Source: an uncultured Eubacteriales bacterium (GTDB taxonomy: Bacteria > Bacillota > Clostridia > Christensenellales > UMGS416). Taken from it: a stretch of DNA of 64,000 nt. Numbering within the stretch: the first letter of the stretch is position 1; the number at the start of each line of letters is the position of its first letter. Below are positions 42,921 to 50,937 of this stretch, one piece after another. The translations under genes and the position numbers were made by a program. Where the stretch lies: contig UQLW01000004.1 of assembly GCA_900542005.1 (NCBI GenBank), positions 44,361-108,360 on the forward strand. Direction: 5' to 3'. A model generated the notes under the pieces. The model was given only the letters and a program-made list of their open reading frames with translations. It was not told the DNA's origin and ran no database searches.

Positions 42921-43674
42921 GATTCAGCTCCTTAAACAGCACGTCCGCCGCCTCCAGCAGGCCGGGCAGATCATCCAGCCCCCGATGGCTGCGCAGCCCC
43001 TCCAGCCGCGCCACCAGCCCATCCGGCAGGTGCCGCGTAATGTGCGTCCAGCCATAGTCCGGGTGGTAGGGCGTATGGAGCAGCCGGGCCAGGGTCACCA
43101 GCGGCTCCAGCACATATTCCTCATAATGGGCCAGCGCTTCCAGATACCGCTTCCGGGCCAGGTACTTGGTTACCCGCCCCCGCTGGGCGAAGGTTTCCAT
43201 AGCCTCCGCCCGCAGCCTCCGCAGCCGGGAGGGCTCCAGGGGCTCCGGCGTGCGCAGGGCGATGATCCCATCCCGATCCAGCAGCACCCTGGGCAGCTCG
43301 GCCATATCGCCGCTGCGGAAGATGCAGCAGCCCTCGGCCACGCGGCTGTGCTTCTGCACGCACAGATCCACCGTCAGGTAGGGGCTCATCCCGGCGATAT
43401 GCAGGTTAGCCTGCAAAATTTTGCCGTCCTGGTGGGGAATCTCATGCAGCACGTCCAAAGGCCCAATCCGCCGGGCCAGGCCGATGGCGTCCTCCAGCAC
43501 CGCCTCGGCCGCCTCATCCAGCGCGTCCAGCCACAGGTCCACATCCGAATATTCATCGGCCAGCCCCAGGCCATCGGCCCCTTCCAGCCACAGGGCCCTC
43601 ACCCGTCCGTCCTCCCGGAAGCGCTGCTCATACAGCTCGATCAGCCGCTGCCTGTCCGGCAGGTTACGGCCCAA
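42892..43674 (-). CDS. nucleotidyltransferase-fold protein (ANT(6)/streptomycin-adenylyltransferase-like architecture)
   Basis: ...RVRALWLEGADGLGLADEYSDVDLWL... (GS/DxD NTase core) plus a helical C-domain. I propose TTG 43674 as the start (GGAGG 9 nt upstream). The ORF extends to 43755, inside the upstream gene. Confidence 0.65.
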   Translation of the reverse strand: MGRNLPDRQRLIELYEQRFREDGRVRALWLEGADGLGLADEYSDVDLWLDALDEAAEAVLEDAIGLARRIGPLDVLHEIPHQDGKILQANLHIAGMSPYLTVDLCVQKHSRVAEGCCIFRSGDMAELPRVLLDRDGIIALRTPEPLEPSRLRRLRAEAMETFAQRGRVTKYLARKRYLEALAHYEEYVLEPLVTLARLLHTPYHPDYGWTHITRHLPDGLVARLEGLRSHRGLDDLPGLLEAADVLFKELNHEFTCRYGG

Positions 43675-44767
43675 TGGTCCATACCTCCGACCCGGCCAGC
43701 TCCAGCTTGCCGGACCGCGCGGAGCGCAGCGCCGCATCCAGCACCACCATGGCATCCAGGTTCACCTTCATATCCAGCGTGGGGTGCAGCGGCGTACCCT
43801 TCTCGAAGTGGGAGAAGACCTCCTTAGCTAAATCGTCCCGGTCCTCCGGAAGGGGCGGGGCCTCATAGCTTTCGGATGGCTCGCCGCTATACCGGTCCTT
43901 ATAGATCTCCACCTTATTGCCCCAGCCTGAAACCAACGTACCCTCCAGCCCATAGACAATGGGGCCGGAAGGGATGCCGCTGGCCACCGTGGTCCAGGAG
44001 CCCTCCAGAATGGCGACCGCCTCAGGATAACGGGCCATGACCGCCCCATAGTCCTCGGCGTCGCCATACTGGCTGGCAAAGTTCGCCTTAAGGCCGTAGG
44101 CAGCCGTGGGCCGTTGGCCCAGGAACCAGCTGGCCATGCAGGCGCCATAGCAGCAGTAATCCAGAAAAGCGCCGCCGCCGGCCGCCTCCATATGCCACCA
44201 CTCGTCGCCCTTTTCCGCGTCGGTCAGGCCCTGGCCATATCCAAAGGGGCCGGTGGATGCGTTGTTCCGGTAGGTGAACTTAAAGACCTTCCCCACCTTG
44301 CCCTGGTCCACCAGCTCCTTAGCCAGGCGGAAGGCGGGATTCCAGGTGGCGGGCCAGTTCACGATGAGCTCCGCGCCGCCCACCCTGGCAGCCCGGGCCA
44401 TGGCCAGCGCGTCGCCCAGGGTGGCCGCCATGGGCTTTTCCAAAATGACATGGATACCCCGGCGCAGGGCGGCTACCACCACCTCCCGGTGGAAGGCATT
44501 GTCGCAGGATACCATGGCAATGTCCAGCCCGGCGTCCAGCAGATCCAGGTAGTTGTCATAGTCGCGCTCAATGCCATAGGCCGCCATGACCGTGGCCTTG
44601 TTGGTATTGCGGGCCGAAGGCTTTGTGCACTTGGAGGGAAAGATCGGATCCAGGTCCGCCACGCCGACCCATTCCACCTTGTCAGGGAAGGCGGCAAAGG
44701 GCTTCATGTTATCGAGAATGTGCATATGGGCCACGCCCACAATGCCGATGCGGTACTTCTTGGCCAT
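43664..44767 (-). CDS. Gfo/Idh/MocA family oxidoreductase
   Basis: MAKKYRIGIVGVAHMH...CDNAFHREVVVAALRRGIHVILEKPMA... ATG 44767 has a GGGAGG RBS. Confidence 0.9.
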   Translation of the reverse strand: MAKKYRIGIVGVAHMHILDNMKPFAAFPDKVEWVGVADLDPIFPSKCTKPSARNTNKATVMAAYGIERDYDNYLDLLDAGLDIAMVSCDNAFHREVVVAALRRGIHVILEKPMAATLGDALAMARAARVGGAELIVNWPATWNPAFRLAKELVDQGKVGKVFKFTYRNNASTGPFGYGQGLTDAEKGDEWWHMEAAGGGAFLDYCCYGACMASWFLGQRPTAAYGLKANFASQYGDAEDYGAVMARYPEAVAILEGSWTTVASGIPSGPIVYGLEGTLVSGWGNKVEIYKDRYSGEPSESYEAPPLPEDRDDLAKEVFSHFEKGTPLHPTLDMKVNLDAMVVLDAALRSARSGKLELAGSEVWTIGP

Positions 44768-44967
44768 GGTAAACCTCCCAACATAGATTAAGGTTATTAT
44801 AGGGCGCAACCGCCGGTTTTGTTATGGTCTCATATGACCAATCCATCCTTTACTCTGTCAAAAAGATCCCGCCAGCTGCGGCAGGAGTTCCGGTTCAAGC
44901 GGAGAAGTATAAGGGAACCCTATGTTTGGGCGCGGCCCCACCCAGGGGCCCTGCCGGGAGGAGCAAG

Positions 44968-46125
44968 ATGACGGAAATACTCAGGCACGGAATTGTCTGC
45001 GCCAGCGACGGTTCCCTGCGCAGCTACTATGGCTGGCCCACCGTAGCCAAGATGGAGGACGGCACGCTGATTGCCGCGGCCTCCGGCGAACGCATGGCCC
45101 ATGTGTGCCCCTGGGGCCGTACCGTCCTGTGGGAGAGCAGGGATCAGGGCGAAACCTGGTCCAGGACCCACATCGTACACGACTCGCCCATCGATGACCG
45201 GGACGCGGGCATCACGCCGCTGACCGATGAAAAGATGCTGGTCAGCTGGTTCACCAGCGACACCCGCATCTATCAGGACAGCGTCGCTGCCCTCCCCCCG
45301 CCCCGCGGCGACCTCTCCCTTACCGTCATCCGCGGCTGGGACGACGCCCTGGTGTCCCGTTACCAGGGCGCCTTCGTGATGACCGGCTCGCTGGGCGGCC
45401 AGTGGAACGCGCCGGTGGAAATCGGCGTCACCGCCCCCCATGGCCCGATCCGCCTGGATGACGGCACGCTGCTTTACCTGGGTAAGGCCTATTCGTCAGA
45501 GGACGGAATGCAGCGCCGTTACCGCGGCCTTGGCCACCCCCGCCCGGCTCGGCTTCGTCCCATCGATTATACGCAGCCCATCCTCTGCCTGGCCTCCTAT
45601 GACGACGGTGACAACTGGGAAGCTGTGGGCCAGGTGGATCAGCTGGGGGGATTCGACAACGCCAACCTCCATGAGCCCCATGTGGCGCAGCTGCCCGGCG
45701 GCCGCCTGGTCGGCGTGATCCGCACCCAGTGGGCGGGCGAGCACCGCTTCCATCGCCCCTTCTCTATGGCCGTTACCTTTTCCGACGATCATGGGTTGAC
45801 TTGGTCGCCCCTGGCCCCCTTGGATGTATCCGGCAGCCCGCCTCATCTTCTGCTGCATTCCTCCGGCGTCCTGATCCTGACCTATGGCTACCGCGCCGCC
45901 AGCGAAGGTGGCCCCGACGTGGGCAGCGGCCAGCGCGCGCTGCTCTCCTATGACGGCGGCGCCTCCTGGAGCGAGCCCGTTATCCTCCGGGACGACGGCC
46001 CCGACGGCGATCTGGGCTATCCCGCCACCTGCGAGCTGGACGATGGGACGCTGATGACCGTTTACTACCAAAAGCAGCATCCCGGGGAGAACTGCTCCAT
46101 TTTGTATACCCGCTGGAAGCTATAG
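44968..46125 (+). CDS. BNR/Asp-box repeat protein (sialidase-like beta-propeller), no signal peptide
   Basis: Asp-boxes SRDQGETWS, SDDHGLTWS and SYDGGASWS. ATG 44968 follows GGGAGGAG. ORF-track ORF 44824-46125 extends further 5'. Confidence 0.85.
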   Translation: MTEILRHGIVCASDGSLRSYYGWPTVAKMEDGTLIAAASGERMAHVCPWGRTVLWESRDQGETWSRTHIVHDSPIDDRDAGITPLTDEKMLVSWFTSDTRIYQDSVAALPPPRGDLSLTVIRGWDDALVSRYQGAFVMTGSLGGQWNAPVEIGVTAPHGPIRLDDGTLLYLGKAYSSEDGMQRRYRGLGHPRPARLRPIDYTQPILCLASYDDGDNWEAVGQVDQLGGFDNANLHEPHVAQLPGGRLVGVIRTQWAGEHRFHRPFSMAVTFSDDHGLTWSPLAPLDVSGSPPHLLLHSSGVLILTYGYRAASEGGPDVGSGQRALLSYDGGASWSEPVILRDDGPDGDLGYPATCELDDGTLMTVYYQKQHPGENCSILYTRWKL

Positions 46126-46134
46126 CCCAAGGGC

Positions 46135-46169
46135 AAAAGCGGCCGAATCAATGGTTCGGCCGCTTTTTT
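46135..46169 (+). terminator. rho-independent terminator
   Basis: AAAAGCGGCCGAA-tcaatgg-TTCGGCCGCTTTT followed by a T-run. Confidence 0.8.
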
Positions 46170-46204
46170 GCGCTTTATGAACCATGATGACCAAATGCTT
46201 GCAT

Positions 46205-46234
46205 ATAAAAGGGCCCGGGTGTTGGCCCGGGCCC
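46205..46234 (-). terminator. rho-independent terminator
   Basis: GGGCCCGGG (46211-46219) pairs with CCCGGGCCC (46226-46234). The minus strand has a T-run at 46207-46210. Confidence 0.6.
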
Positions 46235-46291
46235 CTGCCTAATCCAAGTTATCCACCGTTATATTGCTTCATTTCGTGGAAATGACTCATA

Positions 46292-46975
46292 TTATTCTGG
46301 CATCTGGCGCCCCAGATAATCCACATACCAGGCCGCCGCAGGGCGCCTGCCTTCCATGAGATCGAATATGCCCCGGGCTGCCTCGGCCGCCTCGATCTCG
46401 CCCTTGCCTCCGCTCATGGGCGTACGCATCCGCCCCGGATGGATGGCCAGCACCCGCGCCCGCCCCCTGAGGATGGCCGCCATGCGCCGGGCCGCCACAT
46501 TCATCGCCGTCTTGGATAGGCTATAGGGTTCAAAAAGGCTTTCATTCAGCGCAAGGCTGCCTGATTCGGAGGTGATGTGCAGAATCTGCGGCTCCCTACC
46601 GGCCTGCAGCAGCGGCCAGAAGGCTTGCGTCACCCGGATCGGGCCCACGAAGTTCACCGCCGTCAGCCGCTCCAGCTCTTCTATGGGAAATGCTGACAGG
46701 GCGTCCCGCCCCGGCGCGAAATAGCTGTCAAAGTCCGGCTGGATCACGCCGGCATTGTTAATCAGCACATCCAGCGCGCCCCATTGCCGGGCCAGCTCTG
46801 CCGCAGCCTGCTCCACCTGCTCCCGGCTGGTCACATCCATGGGCAAAAGAAGCCGGCCTGGCTCACCGCAGCCTTCCGCCCGCACGCCGCCGGCCATGCT
46901 GTGCCCCCGCCGTATGCCCTCTTCCATCAGCGCCGCACCCAGGCCCCGGGCCGCGCCGGTTACAAAAATACGCAT
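46292..46975 (-). CDS. SDR family oxidoreductase
   Basis: MRIFVTGAARGLGAAL... (TGxxxGxG), ...NNAG..., ...YSLSK... (YxxxK). AAGGAGG RBS. Confidence 0.9.
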   Translation of the reverse strand: MRIFVTGAARGLGAALMEEGIRRGHSMAGGVRAEGCGEPGRLLLPMDVTSREQVEQAAAELARQWGALDVLINNAGVIQPDFDSYFAPGRDALSAFPIEELERLTAVNFVGPIRVTQAFWPLLQAGREPQILHITSESGSLALNESLFEPYSLSKTAMNVAARRMAAILRGRARVLAIHPGRMRTPMSGGKGEIEAAEAARGIFDLMEGRRPAAAWYVDYLGRQMPE

Positions 46976-47071
46976 CCTGTCCTCCTTATCCCTTTTGGGG
47001 GATTCCCCTTGGGGCCAGTTTATCCCCTGAACCTGCCTTTTGTCAAACCGCCCCTGTCCAGGCAATTCGCC

Positions 47072-47105
47072 AAAACAAAAAGAGCCGCTGGATCACAGCG
47101 GCTCC
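47072..47105 (-). terminator. rho-independent terminator
   Basis: The minus strand reads GAGCCGCTG-tgatc-CAGCGGCTC followed by TTTTTGTTTTG. Confidence 0.75.
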
Positions 47106-47113
47106 TGGTGCGC

Positions 47114-48349
47114 TTAGTAATTCGGGCGGCGGCCCACCACAAAGTTGGACTTGTAGTAGTTGGAGTTGATGTCGCTAATCACGACCTTACCCTTGCCGGA
47201 AGCGGCATGGATGAATTCGCCTCCGCCGATGTAGATACCGGTATGGGAAACGCGGCTGGAGGAGGGGGAGCGGAAGAATACCAGATCGCCCTTCTGCAGG
47301 TTGCCGATGGAGGACACCTTGGCCCAGCTGGATACCTGGGAGAAGCCCGCCGCGTTCAGGCGGCTGACGCTGACGCCGCTGCTCTTGAGGGTATAATAGA
47401 CGAAGCCGGAGCAATCGAAGGTATTGGGGCCTTCGGTGGACCATACATACTTGCAGCCAAGCTTGGACTTGGCCAGCTTAATGACCGAATCCACATCGCT
47501 GCCGGAGCTGGCCGGCTCCTTCTTTTCCTCGGTCTTCTTCTCCTCGGTCTGTTCCGTCTTTTTGCTGTCGGTGCTGCTGCTGGCTTTGGCCGCCGACTTG
47601 GCGTCAGGCGAATAGAGCTTATCCAGCGTCTTGGGGCCGGCGATGCCGTCCGCCGACAGATCGTTGCGCTTCTGGAAGGCGATTACCGCCTCCGTGGTAT
47701 ACGGCCCATAGAAGCCGGTGGCGTCCTGCTTGAAATAATTAAGCTCAGCCAGCCGCTTCTGCAGCCGGGTCACGTCATTGCCCGTATCGTCGGGATACAT
47801 GGTATAGGCCGTAGCCGAGCTGGAGAACATGCGCTTCAAGGTAGCAGGGCCAGCGATCCCGTCCACATTCAGCTTATTGGCACGCTGGAAGCGGCGCACA
47901 CCGTCCTCGGTGATGGAACCAAAGTAGGAGGTGAACTCGCTCAGCTCGATATAACCCAGCTCCATCAGGCGGCGCTGTACGTCGCCCACCGCCAGGGATT
48001 CATCCCCGTTCTGAAGCACGTCTTCCTTCAGGCTGCCAGAGTAGGTTACGCCGTCATAGGCGCTGCCCAGCAGCTTCGACAGGGTAGCCGGGCCGGCTTT
48101 GCCGTCCGTGCTCAGGCCGGCGGACTCCTGGAAGGAAATGACCGCCTGCTCGGTCAGCGAGCCATAGTAACCGGTGGGATCCACATTCAGCAGTCCCTTA
48201 TCGGCCAGGTATTCCTGCAGCGTATAAACGGAGCCGTCCTTATCTCCTTCCTGCAGAATCTCATATCGGCTGGCAGCCATGGCTACAGGGGAGAGAGCGG
48301 CCGAAGCCATTACGATTGCCAAGGCGGCGCCCATCATCTTCTTGTGCAT
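47114..48349 (-). CDS. secreted cell-wall hydrolase: 4 peptidoglycan-binding (PG_binding_1) repeats + NlpC/P60 (C40) peptidase
   Basis: Signal peptide MHKKMMGAALAIVMASAALSPVAMA. Repeats of the form ...LQ..L...G......TGYYG..T..AV..FQ... A C-terminal ...FDCSGFVYY...SHTGIYIG... (Cys/His catalytic pair). Confidence 0.9.
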   Translation of the reverse strand: MHKKMMGAALAIVMASAALSPVAMAASRYEILQEGDKDGSVYTLQEYLADKGLLNVDPTGYYGSLTEQAVISFQESAGLSTDGKAGPATLSKLLGSAYDGVTYSGSLKEDVLQNGDESLAVGDVQRRLMELGYIELSEFTSYFGSITEDGVRRFQRANKLNVDGIAGPATLKRMFSSSATAYTMYPDDTGNDVTRLQKRLAELNYFKQDATGFYGPYTTEAVIAFQKRNDLSADGIAGPKTLDKLYSPDAKSAAKASSSTDSKKTEQTEEKKTEEKKEPASSGSDVDSVIKLAKSKLGCKYVWSTEGPNTFDCSGFVYYTLKSSGVSVSRLNAAGFSQVSSWAKVSSIGNLQKGDLVFFRSPSSSRVSHTGIYIGGGEFIHAASGKGKVVISDINSNYYKSNFVVGRRPNY

Positions 48350-48405
48350 GGTAATCACATCCTTTATCAGCGTTGCCTTCTTGCCTTCCGGAAGAAGATG
48401 TTACG

Positions 48406-48434
48406 ATTATATTACATTTTTTAAGACTTTGCAA
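48406..48434 (-). promoter_or_regulatory. sigma-70-type promoter for the NlpC/P60 gene
   Basis: Minus-strand TTGCAA (48434-48429), 17 nt spacer, TATAAT (48411-48406). Confidence 0.55.
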
Positions 48435-48616
48435 CCCTTGGCGTAATTTTTTATCATTATATTAGCAGCATAATCTTCAAATTTAGGGGAAATCCCCTCC
48501 AAAAACGGAGGGTCTCTCCCAGATATTCACATTTTGGGGCGGTCGGTTATTCCAGGATTTCGTCGAACCTTCGCAAATATTTCTTGCTATTGGCAAGATT
48601 ATCCCATATTAGGCAT

Positions 48617-48643
48617 CAGAAAAGCTCCGCAGGATGCGGAGCC
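48617..48643 (-). terminator. rho-independent terminator
   Basis: GCTCCGC-agga-tGCGGAGC, with a minus-strand TTTTCT tail. Confidence 0.6.
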
Positions 48644-48689
48644 TTTGGGTAATAAATTGTGAAGAAACTGTTAAGCACCCGTCACAGCC

Positions 48690-49763
48690 TTACCGATAGC
48701 GGCCGTATGTCCTGGCCTCCTCCACCATGATCTGTGCGGCGCGGAAATCCGCGTTCGCCGGATATTCGCAGCCGGTGGCCAGGATAAAGCCGCCGCCCGG
48801 GGCATAGACGTCGATCTGCCGGCGTATCTCCGCGCGCAGCTCCTCCTCCGGCGCAAAGGGCGCCCAGGTGGGCTCGATGCAGCCGATCAGGCAGGTCTTG
48901 CCGCCATATTTCTGTTTCAGCTCCTGGGGGCTTGTGCAGTCGTCCGGCAGATGCTGGAAGGAAATCGCCGAAGGCCGGATCGACTCGATCTGCACGTCAA
49001 AATAGATCCCCTCGCCGCAGTTATGGATCATGGTCATGCAGCCGCGGGCCAGGATATAGTCAGCCAGCTCCTTCACATAGCCATATTCAAACTGCTTCCA
49101 CATGCGCTTGGACAAAATGGAGCGCGAGGAAAAAAGTGTATCCAGCATAATGGCCGGGACGCCGGCGGAGATCAGCCGGTCTATATACTTTTTCAGGGTG
49201 TCCGTCACCGCCCGCAGGCCCTGGTGCACAGCCTCCGGATCGTCCAGCAGATCCATATACAGGTTGCTCTGCCCCCGCAGCATGGACAGCGTGCCCATGG
49301 GGCCAAAGACAAAGGCCACCACCGGGTATTCCTTCCCCATGCGGCGCACCAGCATATCGTTCAGCTGCACCGCCTTCATCATGCGGCCCTGGGGCGGCAG
49401 GTCGATGGCTTCAAGCCGCCCATAGTCCTCCACGTCCTGGATCAGGCACTGCTTATAATCGGGATGGGCCGCCTCGTTTTCCGGGTAGAGGATCGCCTGC
49501 CCGAAATCGGCCGCCTCCACCGACAGGTCAATCAGGGTACAGATCACATCCAGCTGGAAATCCTCCGTTGCGCGTACATACCCCTCAAAGGCAACCTCCG
49601 GCTTCAGGGACCAGTCCGGATAGCTGGCATGGATCAGCCTGCGGTTACATCCGTTGAGCAGCGGATAAACCGGCACGCGGTCCGGCTCCCGGTGCCCGAT
49701 GGCGGCGACCACCCGCTCCAGCGGGGTCATCGCTTCCTTCAGCATGGCAGCGTTCATCATCAT
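48690..49763 (-). CDS. uroporphyrinogen decarboxylase (URO-D) family protein, paralogue 2
   Basis: ...REPDRVPVYP... at the N-terminus and ...GGGFILATGCEYPANADF...YGRYR at the C-terminus. Three consecutive ATGs (49763/49760/49757) follow AAGGAGG, and the second or third is better spaced. Confidence 0.85.
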   Translation of the reverse strand: MMMNAAMLKEAMTPLERVVAAIGHREPDRVPVYPLLNGCNRRLIHASYPDWSLKPEVAFEGYVRATEDFQLDVICTLIDLSVEAADFGQAILYPENEAAHPDYKQCLIQDVEDYGRLEAIDLPPQGRMMKAVQLNDMLVRRMGKEYPVVAFVFGPMGTLSMLRGQSNLYMDLLDDPEAVHQGLRAVTDTLKKYIDRLISAGVPAIMLDTLFSSRSILSKRMWKQFEYGYVKELADYILARGCMTMIHNCGEGIYFDVQIESIRPSAISFQHLPDDCTSPQELKQKYGGKTCLIGCIEPTWAPFAPEEELRAEIRRQIDVYAPGGGFILATGCEYPANADFRAAQIMVEEARTYGRYR

Positions 49764-49949
49764 GTCCTCCTTATCCTGCTTTCCTTTATTGTAGAGAATC
49801 CTTCCCGCCGAGGGAAGCGCCCTTCTTGCGTTCTGGCGGGACAATCTTGCGCCCTTTTGCGGTGCAAGCCCTCGCCAAGGGGGTTACGCCGCCCGCCGCG
49901 CTATGCTATACTTATCTTTATAAGCGATTGGAAAGGAAGGTTATTCCCA

Positions 49950-50417
49950 ATGCCTGATATGCTGGTTAAACTTTATGAGCTGCCGCCCCTGGAGCCTGCC
50001 ATTGCCCGCTGCGAGGCGAGCGGCATCCGCATCAAGCGGGCCCTGATGCCCGAAATGGACAAGATCTGCGCCTGGGCCGGCGAAAAATTCGGCCCCGGGT
50101 GGGCGGCCGAGTGCCGCGGCTGCTTTGCCAACCGGCCGGTTTCCCTCTTTGTCGCCTACCGGGATAAGGAGATTCTGGGCTTTGCCTGCTATGATACCAC
50201 CTGCCGGGATTTCTTTGGCCCGACCGGCGTGGATGAATCCCTGCGGGGCAAGGGCGCCGGCGCGGCGCTGCTGCTGGCCTGCCTCCACGATATGGCCACA
50301 CTGGGATATGGATACGCGGTGATCGGCGGCGCAGGCCCCGTGGCCTTCTATGAAAAGGTCTGCGGCGCTACGGTGATCGAGGGCTCCGTACCGGGGATCT
50401 ACAAGGATATGCTGTAA
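49950..50417 (+). CDS. GNAT family N-acetyltransferase
   Basis: ...GVDESLRGKGAGAALLLACLHDM... (R/QxxGxG/A). ATG 49950. ORF-track ORF 48951-50417 extends further 5'. Confidence 0.8.
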   Translation: MPDMLVKLYELPPLEPAIARCEASGIRIKRALMPEMDKICAWAGEKFGPGWAAECRGCFANRPVSLFVAYRDKEILGFACYDTTCRDFFGPTGVDESLRGKGAGAALLLACLHDMATLGYGYAVIGGAGPVAFYEKVCGATVIEGSVPGIYKDML

Positions 50418-50785
50418 TGGCCCGGACAGACCGGAGGGCAGCCGCCCTGCTGGCGCTGGCGCTGCTGCTGAGCGGCTGCTCCGGCAGGCAGGCCGCCGGG
50501 GGATCCGCGCCCGATCTGACCGAGCTGAAGCGCTTTGCCCGGGAGCAGCTGGCTGCCAGCCTGCAGCAGCAGGGAGTTGGCCAGTATGAGATCCTGGGCG
50601 CCTCTTGGGTAAGCCGGTCCGATCCATCCGGCCGGTTTGCCGCCGGCTTTGATGTGGATATTACCGATGCGGCAGGCCATACCCGCTACGAAAGCTACGG
50701 CGTGGTGGTGGGGCTGGATGCCAACGGCGATCTGGTGGTGTTGGACATAGGGCCGCAAACGGAGAGCGATTCCCCGTTATATTAG
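50417..50785 (+). CDS. small lipoprotein, hypothetical
   Basis: MARTDRRAAALLALALLLSGC lipobox. Its start overlaps the GNAT stop (TAATG). Confidence 0.7.
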   Translation: MARTDRRAAALLALALLLSGCSGRQAAGGSAPDLTELKRFAREQLAASLQQQGVGQYEILGASWVSRSDPSGRFAAGFDVDITDAAGHTRYESYGVVVGLDANGDLVVLDIGPQTESDSPLY

Positions 50786-50823
50786 GATCACCGTCTCAAG
50801 CGGGCATGCCGCTGCCGCCCGCT

Positions 50824-50862
50824 TAAAAGCCCCGGCGTTCACGATGAACTGCCGGGGCTTTT
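50824..50862 (+). terminator. rho-independent terminator
   Basis: AAAAGCCCCGGC...GCCGGGGCTTTT. Confidence 0.75.
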
Positions 50863-50896
50863 CCCTACAATGAAGCAGCAGCGGCGCGCCCGCTGG

Positions 50897-50928
50897 AATA
50901 AAATGGGCCAGCGATAAATCGCTGGCCC
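50897..50928 (-). terminator. rho-independent terminator
   Basis: GGGCCAGCGA-taaa-TCGCTGGCCC, with a minus-strand ATTTTATT tail. Confidence 0.7.
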
Positions 50929-50937
50929 TGGAATGCT

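Noticed and set aside
46784-48424. 546-aa plus-strand ORF antisense to the SDR and NlpC/P60 genes
   Set aside because: It spans a terminator and two genes on the other strand and has no RBS. It is a GC-skewed artefact.
48359-48620. Possible c-di-AMP (ydaO-type) riboswitch upstream of the NlpC/P60 hydrolase
   Set aside because: A good promoter (48434-48406) lies only ~55 nt from the ATG, which leaves no room for the aptamer. The upstream hairpins (GGGGAAATCCCC, CCCTCC…GGAGGG) lack the ydaO conserved blocks as far as I can judge by eye.
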